A DNA stretch of 63,477 nucleotides, counting the filler, from Folioceros fuciformis (Eukaryota), in the NCBI GenBank assembly GCA_049999805.1. It is 11 parts of 11 records of this genome, joined end to end, with 100 filler letters (N's around TTAATTAATTAA, not from the genome) between each part and the next. Parts side by side here need not be neighbours in the genome. Positions count along the whole stretch, not along the records: positions 9,109 to 15,100 come from JBNGIO010001780.1; positions 15,201 to 18,391 come from JBNGIO010001781.1; positions 18,492 to 25,895 come from JBNGIO010001782.1; 8 more parts are not named here. One strand, 5' to 3'. Position numbers and translations under genes: made by a program. Under the pieces are notes generated by a model. It saw only the letters and a list, made by a program, of their open reading frames with translations, did not search any database and had not been told where the DNA came from. Below, piece by piece: positions 12,281 to 23,845 of this stretch (within the stretch, counting starts at the first letter, position 1; the number at the start of each line of letters is the position of its first letter).

Positions 12281-14101
12281 AGGAGTGTCTCCAAACAATT
12301 GCTAATTAGAGAGGCTCAATAGGCCTTTTTGTACAACGTATCAAGAGCGAGAGTCACAGCCCGCCATTAAGTCTAGTCTAAACAATCAGGTGCTCTTAAT
12401 TGCGAGCGATATCATGTCCAAGAAAGCATCTTCACCAAATCTTAGCTAACATTATTCTAAGATGCAATAAATTTTGGCCTATCTTAACGCCGCACTCACC
12501 TCCTATCCGGCCTTCGCGCTCTCCTTCCTTGGCAGCCAAATCCCCGGGCTCTCCTCCCTCTCTGCTGGTCAGGCAAGTCCTCCCATAAAGCCTCCACCTC
12601 ACTTTCATTGCCGCCTAACTTCTCCTACTTAGGCATGGGTGGGGTCTTCCGGGGAGTTCTCTCTCCTCCTTTCGCTCGTCTGCTGCTAAGGACCATTACG
12701 GGTTCTTGCTCTACTCAGGCCTATGCATCCTCTTTGGTGAGCTCCTCCAAGAGTGCCTCCGAGTAACAAGGTGTCGACCCCCATACCCAGAAGCAATGGG
12801 AGAAGCATCCCCTGCGGGTCCTCAGTTATAGATAGTAGGCCATGGTCCCTCCTATTTCCACACGCACATCGACAGTAAGGTTAAGTACATGGTCCCCATT
12901 CACATACATGCTAGGAATGTAAGACTCCTCATCCATGTGTTGTAATACAATGTGGCCTCTTGCTGCAGATGAGGTGCTTACCCCCTCCTCCCGCGGGCTA
13001 CCCCTAACTGTCTGTCTCTACTTTCTAAGGGTGCTAGGGAGTCCCTTGTCCCTCTAGCTGCCATTGTCTCCAGTTCGGTCCTCTTGGTGCGGGTGGCCAT
13101 TCCAACCACCCCGGTTGCTGGTTCCACAATTGTTGCTACTTCCTCGACCTTGGTAGAGCTTTCCTCTACTGGTGTGGTTTCTCTCTGACCGGTAGCGGCT
13201 TTTGCTACCTCGGTCATCGACCTTTTGCTTCATTTGACTTTCTCTTTCCCCTTGACTCGGCTTCATGCCTCATCCCGTTCCCGTTTGTAACGGACCGCGA
13301 GCTTTTGGACCTTCTCCACTGCAGCTATTTCCTGCTCCTGCGCCCTCAGCAACTCTTGCTGTATTTCTTGATTCGCTTCATGTACTTCCTTGACTTGAGT
13401 CTGGAGCAGTTCTTGCTAATCCTTCATTGCCTGCACTTCTTCCCGAGCCCGGTATACTTCCTCCTGTGCTTGCGCTTTCAGTGCACTTAGGGCCTATCAA
13501 GCTTCCTCTAATTGTTCCCATCTTGCCTCCGCTTCAGACAGCTTGGCCTCCACCTCCTCTTCTCCTTGTCCTTGCATACTTAGCCAGGTGAGCGCCAGTG
13601 CGGCCTAATCCAGCATATTCGCTTGTGCTCGGACCATGGCCGCTGTTAGGCCCGGCAAATCCACCTATTGAGGGGCGCCTCTTGTAGCCATCCCTCCGTC
13701 TAGAATCCCTTTTTCCAATAAGGTGCGTACCCTCGCCAATTCTTCTGCCTATAGGTTTGCCACCAGAGGGGTGCCCTTAAAGATCTCTTCCCATCCCGGG
13801 GAGAGTTCTGCCATTGGGGTCAGCCCTAATTTCCCTGCCACCTCAACAGGCTTTTCCTCCACGGCTGGCGTCGACTCATCAGGTTCTACGGAGGAAGTGG
13901 TTGATTGCTTGGCTCCTATTTTCCTAGCAATCTCCTGCAGCGCCAAGTTCGTTGTGGACCTGGTGACACGCGTGTTCACCTTCTTCCTCTTTGCAGGATT
14001 CTTCTTGCCAGCTCCTGCTTTCCGCTTTCTTTCTAGCAAGAACTTCCGCTTCCCGTTGCCCTGGATTCCTAGCTGCTAGACTTTGCCTCCTCCTTGGGCT
14101 C

Positions 14102-15100
14102 TGTGGAGGCAAAACCCCGGGCACTGATTGCCAACGGGTTCCACCTTTAGTGGCCACACTTATCCCACTGTCGTTGAGACATTGGGTTTCGTTCCCACGA
14201 AGGAGCGATGGGGTTCCTTGCTGCTATGGATGGAGGGTCGGACTTGATCAACTCGATGATGGATTCGAGGGCTCCCCTCCAGCTCCGATCAGGCGTAGGA
14301 CAGGCCTCGTTGTCCGGCGGTCAGCTGCATCTCTCTCGGTGCCCACAAACTCACTCCAATCACTACAATGACCCTAACCTCTCAGATCTGCGACTTCCCT
14401 CACACACTTCACTCACTCTCTCACTCCAGCACCAACACCAGCGACTAACAATGACACCACTACCTTCTACACTTCCCTACTGACTCCTCCTACCCGCAAG
14501 AGTCACTAGACTAACCCCAAAGAAAAGAAAGAAGGGAACACACTCCCCTCTTGGATATCTCCTCCCCACAACCTTACCAGACACCATGAGACATGGCCGG
14601 CCTATAGCACTTGTCCAAGCAAGGAACAAGAGTGGACAGGTCGAGAGAAAGACACATCCTTAAAATCAAGAGCTAGGGGCAAGCCCCTACACCCTGGTCA
14701 TTACACCTTGTGATCCTACTAGACACTATACAACCGGCAACACGCTGCCCGCGATCCTACCAGACACTGTACACCCGGCAACACGCTGCCTGCAATCCTA
14801 CCAGACACTGTACAGCCGGCAACACGCGGCTTGCGATCCTACCAGACATTGCACAGCCGGCAACACACTGCAGGTCTTAAACCAAGCAGGGACAGACCAT
14901 AAGAGCTCATGAAGAGAGGACCTCCAAGAGCTCACGAAGGGATAGACTGACTCCCAAAGTGAATGACTCCCTCCTCCTACAGGCTCAGCTAATCTTATAG
15001 GAGCCTCTCTCTCTCTGACTTCACCTCTCTCTAACTTGAGAAATATTATTTTAATAGCCTAGCCGGCTGTCACCAGCCACTTATTTAGACTTCTAGCACA
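14102..15100 (-). repeat. LTR family B copy with an internal 4 x 41-bp tandem expansion
   Basis: Begins TGTGGAGGCAAAACCCCGGG on plus (the CA end on minus), identical to 55298. GATCCTAC(C/T)AGACA...GGCAACAC units start at 14712, 14753, 14794 and 14835. Confidence 0.88.
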
Positions 15101-15609
15101 NNNNNNNNNNNNNNNNNNNNNNNNNNNNNNNNNNNNNNNNNNNNTTAATTAATTAANNNNNNNNNNNNNNNNNNNNNNNNNNNNNNNNNNNNNNNNNNNN
15201 TCTCATCCCTTGCCGATGCCTATTGCTCCTAGTTTTTTTTAAGGTACATATATGGTCCGTATACATACACCCATGTATTTTATACATATTGATAGGTATT
15301 TAATACATATATGGTATTCATATTCCCATATTCTTTCCTAATTTCCCTTTTCTATTTTCTCTCTTATTTTTCTGGATTTAATGCCAGGAATTCCGACTCT
15401 GCTCTTTCTCACCTACTTCCTTTCCTTGACATTCTAGGAATTGTCCCAGCACCCTAGGATTAGTTTTCAATGGCCGAGGGACCACTTTGGTTTTTGAAGT
15501 CTTGATTGTGCTCTCCGTGTCGTGTCCCCATGATATGTCACTCTTGTTTCCTCGCAAGACCCGACCATGCTTGCATGGTGTCTAGTAGGATTGTGGGTGG
15601 CGGCATGTT

Positions 15610-16018
15610 CTTCTTTGGGGTTAGTCTAGTGACTCTTGCCATGTGGGAGAGTCAATAGAGAAGCGTAGAAGGTAGTGGTGTTGTTGCTGGTGTTGGTGCT
15701 AGAGTGAGTGAGTGAGTGAGTGAAGTCGCAAACTTGAGAGATTAGTGACGTTGCAGTGGCTGGAGTGAATTTGTGGGCACCAAGAGAGATGCGATCGACC
15801 ATTGGATAGCGAGGGTTGTCCAATGCCTAATCGGAGCTAGAGGGGAGCCCTTAAATCTGTCATCGAGTTGATTGAGTCAAACCCTCCATCTATAGCAGAA
15901 AGGGACCCCATCACTCCTTCGTAGGAACGAAACCCAATATCTCAACGACAATGGGATAAGTGTGGACACTAAAGGTCGAACCCTTTGGTAAATAGTTGCC
16001 CGGGGTTTTGTCATCACA
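15610..16018 (+). repeat. Older, diverged LTR family B 3' fragment
   Basis: Runs from TTTGGGGTTAGTCTAGTGACTCTTGCC to CCCGGGGTTTTGTCATCACA, matching the reverse complement of 14102-14520. Confidence 0.8.
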
Positions 16019-17834
16019 AGCACCAAGGAGTGCTGGACAAGAAGGTTGTCCTACGCCTAATTGGAGCTAGAGGGGAGCCCTCAAGTATGTCACAATAGTA
16101 TGTGAGCTGTACAAGTGGCTAGGAAGTTTGTCCATGTAGTAGAGCATAGTTGTTGGAATGTGCTCTCTACATCAAGTGGACTATCCTAGGGCACTAACGT
16201 GAGGACTAACCGTGAGAGGCATCTAACACAATGTCAGTCAATGACTATGTGAGTTGTATAATTGTTGAGGAGGTTTGTCCAGGGGACAAAACATACTTTG
16301 GGCAAAGTTCTTGAGATCTGGTAAAGAGTCCTACGTCGTTGTTGTGAGGACTAATCGTGGAAAGCATTTGACGCGGTGTCAATTTGAGGGATTTGTCCAT
16401 GGGTTGGCAAGGAGTTTGACCTAACTATCTGTTTGACTGGCTATGACATAGGGGCCAAGGTAGGGCAAGGAGTGGACTGGATATTTGGGCGAGAGAGGTA
16501 GTAAGTGAGGTAGGCTCTCCATCCATCCCATCCATCTCAGAGAGAAAGAAAGAAAGAAAGAGAAGGACTCCGCCATTCCTTCGTGGGAATGAAACCCATT
16601 GTCTCGATGATCATGGGATAAGTGTGGCCACTACAAGCAGCCCAAGGCCCTGCCCCCTTCATAGGTGGTGAGGTGCCAAGGTTTTGCACCCACAACAAGT
16701 ATTTAACTTTTGGTTTGAGAGTACGAGGCACCAAAATTGCCTATATAATAAAAATATCACATAATTATGAAAAACCTTGATAAGTTGTGTGACAATACAA
16801 GTGTTATAATGTGTCAGTTATAATGGTTGTATGTTATGGAAAGTCACACCCAAGATAAGTCATTCATAGTAGTGTAAGGTAGGTTCATTTCAAAACAAAT
16901 GGGTACAATAAAGTGGTCAAAACAATCATTCTAGTATACTGTAGATTTGTCCTCAAGAAAACAAGGGTCTAGTAAAGTGGTCCAAATAGTTCTTCTTGCT
17001 CTTTCGACCATGATATGCTATCCTAGCAATTGTAAAACGATATGTGCATAATTGGCAAATTTTGCTGAAATGGACCTTACGTCAAATTTTTGGTTGAAAT
17101 CCTAGCTCTATATCTACGGGGGTCATGTTTTCTATGGAGATGGTTCAAAAATACAAGAAACATTTGCATTTAGAAGGGTTTATCATAGTCTACGTTTCTG
17201 TCGTAACCTTTCATATGTTGGAAGTCCTCACGGTCATAAAGAAAGCCATATATTAAGCTAGTAAAGTCGATTCAACATCATTTCCCTGACATGTCGAATG
17301 TCGTTTTCCTAGAAAGGAATGCACGTTCGTCTTGGGGGAACAGCGAGGAGCGGTGGGAAGCGAGAGAAAGCTACGGCGTGGCCTTAGAGGCCTGTGGCCG
17401 TGTTGGCGGGGGCTGTAAGGCCCTGCAGGCCCCTCGTGGCTTGCGGGCGGGTGGCGGCCCTCTCCGAGGCCGGGCTCCATGTAATGCTGGTTCGGGCGTG
17501 GCAAAAGGGCCTCGGTTGGGCGGGGCTAGGTTTGGCACACCCTAGGGGGGTTTGTCGCACTCCAATTTGCGGCCCTTCGATTCGGGTGGAGTTGAGTTTG
17601 GCAGATCTTTTGTCCTGTTTTTTTTTTATTTTCCTTGTGTTATGGTTTATTCTTGTGTTCAAAATTTCTGATTGGCTTGGAGATTTTTGGAGAGCTTTGG
17701 TTCCACAATGTTTCTACGTTTCGATATTTAGGGCTGGAAGCCTGAACTATGCAGGCAGGCTAGAGCTTACAGGTGTTTACTGTTGGTCTCTCTTTGGCAT
17801 TCTATTTTGTTCACTTATGGCACCTCATTCTTCC

Positions 17835-18391
17835 ATGCGGGCCAAGGATAGCCCGTGTCCTGTATGCAACATTTTGTTCAAAGGGGTTATGGGGATCATG
17901 TGTCACTTGGTTAAAGCAAACAAGGACTTTGATCGGACCCTTTGGGAGCTATAGGTAAGGGGTGCTTCTTCCATTGCTGCTATTCCTTCAGCTTCTCCTC
18001 TGGGCTTCACTTCCTCGCTAGAATCTTGGTTGTGGCTGCAAGCGCAGGCTCCTCATCTTTTGGCCCTTTATGAGACCCACCTTCCGGGGCCACGTATGTT
18101 TTAACGTCTCCCTAGGCGTTTGCATGACAATGTTTGTCTCGCATACAGGCAGCCTTGGTGGCTTAGAGAGCAGCTTCAGGCCCACTTCACCCCCCACCAA
18201 TTCGGGATTGCTACCTCGAGGGTTGTGAGGCAGTGGCCTTCAGGGTTAGAGCGGTCTTGGACCTGCATCTAGATTGGGTTGCCTTGCAAGTTAATGTGGA
18301 GAATGCCTTCAACACCGTCTCTAGGGTGGCTATTTTTAACAAGTTGAAGGTTGCTGCCGGTCGTTTGGAGTCTTGTATCCCCTTTGTCCAT
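17835..18391 (+). mobile_element. CRE-clade-like non-LTR retrotransposon remnant (N-terminal zinc finger plus RT start)
   Basis: CPVCNILFKGVMGIMCH at ~17856-17906, then QFGIAT..GCEAVAFRVRAVLDLHLDWVALQVNVENAFNTVSR at ~18198-18325. Confidence 0.7.
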
Positions 18392-18565
18392 NNNNNNNNN
18401 NNNNNNNNNNNNNNNNNNNNNNNNNNNNNNNNNNNTTAATTAATTAANNNNNNNNNNNNNNNNNNNNNNNNNNNNNNNNNNNNNNNNNNNNAACTTTGCC
18501 AGTAGACTGATATAATTTGTTCCCTCTGTGCATGTGGCTTACATTTTTATGTATTTTTCTGGTAG

Positions 18566-21500
18566 GAAATCACATTGCCATATTGGTCATGTGGGCACCA
18601 GTGATGCTCGTAAGTGCAGTTCATCTTCTTATCAACAGGCCTCCCTTGGTCTTTAATTGCAGTGGATGTCTTCGTCCTTATGCCTTTATGTATCTTGAAT
18701 ACTGTACAGATATACTTCATGGACATGCAGCTTTGGTACAGTGTTTTCTCCTCGTTTGTGGGAGCCCTTGTTGGACTCTTCCGCCATATTGGAGAGGTTC
18801 GTACTCTTAGCCTGTTGGCTGAGTGACTGAAGACTTCAAACCTGATGGTTAAAAGCATAGCCTGATGCGCAGTTGATGGTATTTCTTTATTTTTGCAACA
18901 ACTCATGTGCTCATTGTCTTTGAGGTTCTGTACTTGCAGATAAGGAGCGTGGCACAACTGGGAGAACGATTTAAGTTCTTTGCACAAATTTCGCAATTTG
19001 CACTTGTGGCCGAGAACAGTGTAAACGGGTCACGGTATGGCTCCAGCGATCTCTGATTTGGGTGCCTCTTTGCGTGATTGGGGATTCTGTCCCTCATGGT
19101 TTGCAAGATGGAATCGTTAGGGAGAAGCCCTTCATGCGCACCTGGAAGGAGTTTAGCAATAATCTGACGCGTGTCAAACTTCGATATGGGCTCCCGTGGT
19201 TGAGGCTCCAGGATGGCGACCTTGAACTGGTGCATTTCCATACTTGCCATCTATGTTAGAAAGAGTGCTTCAGGTTTCTTGAAGGTTGGATGGCTTGGCG
19301 GGGTAGTTTAACTAGGCGTGGGGGTGCTGACCACAGGAACCAGGAACCCTTGTTCTAACAAGGTTCATTATAATTTGGAATAAGATTCTGTCAATCTTTA
19401 GGGAGGAGGATATCATCAGTGACAGGTGGGATACACAACTTTTATCTCTTTTACACCTGTGTTCGTTTCTTACAGCTTTCAAGAAAAGGGTGCGATCTCT
19501 GTCACTATTTGCAAAGCAAAGCAATGCACTTATCATACCAAATAGAGGGCAAAACGATGGATGCTCATCACAGTGGAGATGCAGCCTGCCTTAATGGCTT
19601 CTTTTGATGTTGTGTCTTGGTTGGTGATAGGGAATTGGAGCTTCTGGAGATGCCTTCATCAGCGTGGAATATCCGTGTTGTACAGTGGCCAGGCATCCTG
19701 TTAAATAATTCGGTTGGTCTCTCGAGCGACCTTTTTCACCTAGTATCTAAGTAGTTTGTCTGCCCGCAGTATTGAGGGGTGTCTGCTCTGCAGGTATTGG
19801 TCATTCTTGGGCTACTTGAGAAGCACATGACGAAAGGTAAAGATGGAAAGGGCATATGGAGGAAGGTCTTGCAGAACAGGTACCAGAAGGCTGCATTACT
19901 TGAGAGTTATCAATCCATCTGCCACATCCTTCGCGGGATGGTGGTGCAGGGGACTCCAGAGCATACCCTCACGAAGATGATTTTGGAGGACATTGATTTA
20001 GCAATTGAGAACAGAAACTTCTTTGAGAAGTTTGAAGTAAAACGTCTGCACACAATTCACCAGAAGGTTGTGGAACTGGTGGAGGCCCTTCTCAAATGGA
20101 AGGATGGGAAAATAGCCAAGGCTAAGGTCTGATGTGCTTGTTTGTCTGTATTGGCGGAATTGTGAAATTGCATGCCAGTTGCTTCTGACTTGATGATGCG
20201 GCCTGATGTGATTCACAGGTAGTCACAGTTGTGCAGAATCTGTTCGACACTCTTATTCGGGATTTTCCTAGAGACCGGGGTGCTTACCCTTATAACAGCG
20301 TAGGCAATGGTCATGGTAACGTGTACCCTTTGAGAGCTGGTGGGCTGCTATTTGCAGCAGACGCTTCTCTCCAATTTCCAGCCAGCGAAGACACCTCCTT
20401 TTTCAAGCAACTGAAGCGACTACATACAACTCTGACCACGAAAGAGACACTTGCGAATGTACCACAGAATCTAGAGGCCAAAAGGAGGCTCGCCTTCTTT
20501 TCCAACTCAGTATTTATGCATATGCCTCGTGCTCCTCAGGTGGTCCTTGTTTGGAATTCAATCTTGGCTCTCTTCTTTTCGTTTGATTGAATCCTTACCA
20601 TCATGAGCGGCTGGTCCGGTGGTATGTGCAGGTTGATCGGATGCTAGGTTTCAGTGTCTTGACCCCTTATTACGAGGAGGCTGTCATGTACGGGGATGCT
20701 GAGCTAGAGGAGAAGACTGAAGACGGAGTGAGTACAATGTTTTACTTGAAAAAGATTTTCCCAGGTTTGTGCATGACCCCTCGATCGGATTGCAACTCAT
20801 GTTATTGATTGACCAAGGTGGCCTGAACCGACTTTATGGACGTACTCTTCAGATGACTGGAAAAATTTCGTAGAGAGAATGAAAACCACATACAATTTTC
20901 GTTCAGAGCGAGAGATTGAATCAACTGAAAAGGGCCTGTTTGAGCGTAGGCTGTGGGCATCTTACCGAGGACAGACCTTGGCACGAACTGTGCGTGGTAT
21001 GATGTATTATAGCAAGTACGTGCCACAAACATTTTCTTCATTGGTGTGCTGCAGTACTGAAAGATTACCAACTTTTGGGTGCCCTCTGTCAAGCTGGTGG
21101 GATCACATTCTCTGTCTTGGTTGGATGGGATCACAGGGCGCTGGAACTGTTAGCTTTTATTGATTGTGCATCAGAGTTGGAACTTAATGAAGCTCGGGAA
21201 GGAGGAGATCTGCAACGGTCAGGTGGTGCTGCGGACAGCACGTCCATGGGAGAACTTAGTGAGCGTCACAGAGAGGTTCATAGTGCTGCGGAAGAATATC
21301 ATGCAATGGCAGCGATGAAGTTCACGTATGTTGCGGCCTGCCAAGTATACGGGAAGCAGAAGGCCAAGAAGGCAAAGCAAGCAACAGAAATACAGTACTT
21401 GTTGAAGACCTATGAAGGGCTGAGAGTTGCTTACGTCGATGACAAAAATGGATCCTACTCTTCGGTTCTGGTAAAATACGACCGTGCCACACAGCGTGAG

Positions 21501-23845
21501 ATGGAGATTTACCGAGTAGAATTGCCTGGTCCATTGATTCTTGGAGAAGGAAAGCCTGAAAATCAGAATCATGCTCTGATCTTCACAAGAGGTGATGCAA
21601 TACAGACTATCGACATGAACCAGGTGCGATCCCAACACCTGTCCTTTCCCTCTTTGCTCGTGATTACTGATCTAGAGTACTCACCTCATTTTCCTTGATT
21701 ATGGTTCCAGGAAAACTACTTTGAAGAGGCTTTGAAGATGCGCAACCTTTTGGAAGAATTTCACACTGTCCATGGCAGAACAGTGCCAAGGATTCTAGGA
21801 GTGAGGGAGCATGTTTTCACTGGTGCAGTGTCGTCCTTGGCGAAGTTCATGTCTGCTCAGGAGACGAGCTTTGTGACACTGGGACAGCGTGTACTTGCAA
21901 CTCCTTTGAAAGTGCGTATGCACTATGGCCACCCGGACGTCTTTGACAGACTTTGGTTTTTGACTCGAGGTGGCATCAGCAAGGCTTCCAAAACGATCAA
22001 TATCAGTGAGGATATATTTGCCGGGTTTAACTGCACTGAACGTGGTGGAAATGTTACTCACCAGGAGTACATTCAGGTAAGTCTCGTAGTGTGCCCAGGC
22101 AGCAAACAGTTCCTGTGGCTTCATTAGTTGGTTGGTTGATTGGTTGGTTGGTTGGGTGACTCCTTGAGCTAATCGGACGAGTCATCTGTGACGATTGAGA
22201 CTTTTGTTGCCTCTGCTCTTGCAGGTTGGGAAAGGCCGGGATGTTGGATTAAACCAAATCTCCATGTTTGAGGGTAAAGTAGCGGGTGGAAACGGGGAAC
22301 AGGTTTTGAGCAGGGATGTTTACCGACTTGGGCACCATTTAGACTTCTTTCGGATGCTGTCATTCTATTACACAACAGTAGGGTTCTTTGTGAGCAACAT
22401 GACTGTGGTTCTCTGCGTCTATGCCTTTCTTTGGGGTCGAGTGTATTTGGCTTTAAGTGGAGTAGAATCGTCCATTGCGCATCTTGATAATAAGGCCATC
22501 TCCGCGTCCTTGAATCAACAGTTTCTGGTCCAATTGGGTATTTTCACAGCTCTCCCTATGGTTGTGGAGAACACCTTAGAAATGGGATTTGGGCAGGCTG
22601 CATGGCAGTTTGTTCTTATGCAGCTGCAGTTGTCATCCGTATTCTTCACGTTCTCTATGGGAACGAGGGCTCACTACTTTGGACGCACGATACTGCATGG
22701 AGGGGCCAAAGTAAGCTCCTAGAAGCCTACCCTTGTAGCATTTTCATGTGGTGAAGCCCCTGTTCGTGCGGTGCTAATGTATGCGGCATGTCTCATGCGC
22801 AGTATCGTGCCACTGGGCGAGGCTTTGTCGTCACTCACGAGAAGTTCGCTGAAAATTACCGTCTCTACTCTCGGAGTCATTTCGTGAAGGGGCTAGAGCT
22901 TGTTCTGCTTCTCGTTGTATACGAGTGTTTTGGGGTAAACAGTAGCTCGGTCGTATACATCCTGATAACAATTTCTAGCTGGTTCTTGGCATTGACATGG
23001 TTAATGGCTCCATTTGTGTTCAACCCCTCGGGATTTGATTGGCTGAAGACAGTGGAGGATTGGGAGGATTTCGGTCAGTGGATAATCTTCCGCGAGGTTG
23101 GATTTACTGACGCTAAGGTGAGCTGGGAAAGGTGGTGGGATGAGGAACAAGCCCATCTGAAGGACACTGGGCTTGTAGGCAAGGCAGTGGAAATTCTGCT
23201 CAACTGTCGGTTTTTCTTCTTCCAGTGGGGAGTTTGTTTCCGCCTCAATATCGCAGGTGGAAGGAAGGGTATAGGTGTGTACCTGATTTCTTGGGTCTAC
23301 CTGATTGTTGTAGCCGTATTAATAGGCATGTTCAACGTGTTGCGGGACAAGTATGGTGCCACACGGCATAGCTTGTACAGGCTGATCCAGCTGTTATACG
23401 CCGTGGGTGTGATATTGATCTTCGTTTTGTTGTCGACCTTGACAAACTTTGAGTTCGTTGATGTCTTCATTAGTTTTCTAGCTTTCGTTCCAACTGGATG
23501 GGCTCTCCTTCAAATAGCCCAGGTGGGTTGTTGATTGCTCTTGTTGGTGCTGTTTTTCGATTGCGGTGAGGTGTGCCCACTGGTATTAACAAGCGGTGCA
23601 CGCAGGTACTGAGACATCCGTTACTGGGAAGGAATACGAAAGTGTGGGGAATCGTAGTGGCGGTTGCGCGCCTGTATGAGTACGGAATGGGGGTGTTGGT
23701 CATGGTGCCGGTAGCAAGTCTATCGTGGCTCCCTGGCTTTCAGAACATGCAAACCCGAATAATGTTCAACGAAGCTTTCAGTAGGGGCCTGCACATCACG
23801 CAGATTCTGAGAGGGAAGAGCCCTAATTCCAACTTCACCTCCTAA
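18566..23845 (+). CDS. CalS: Callose synthase (1,3-beta-glucan synthase), GSL1/GSL5 (CalS11/12)-like; 5' part missing at the contig edge; about 14 GT-AG introns
   Basis: Exons encode WAPVML|IYFMDMQLWY, FREEDIISDR, EAKRRLAFFSNS, FSVLTPYY, LWASYRGQTLARTVRGMMYY, GEGKPENQNH, DMNQ, HYGHPDVFDR, SEDIFAG, VGKGRDVG and QTRIMFNEAFSRGL. TAA at 23843-23845. Confidence 0.96.

Noticed and set aside
14712-14875. 41-bp repeats as a possible CRISPR array
   Set aside because: They are head-to-tail with no unique spacers, lie inside an LTR, and no cas genes are present.
9750-15100. Long inverted repeat that could be the TIRs of a ~5 kb DNA transposon
   Set aside because: Both arms are copies of LTR family B, which also occurs at 15610 and 55298. 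The right copy has its own CA terminus facing inward at 14102.
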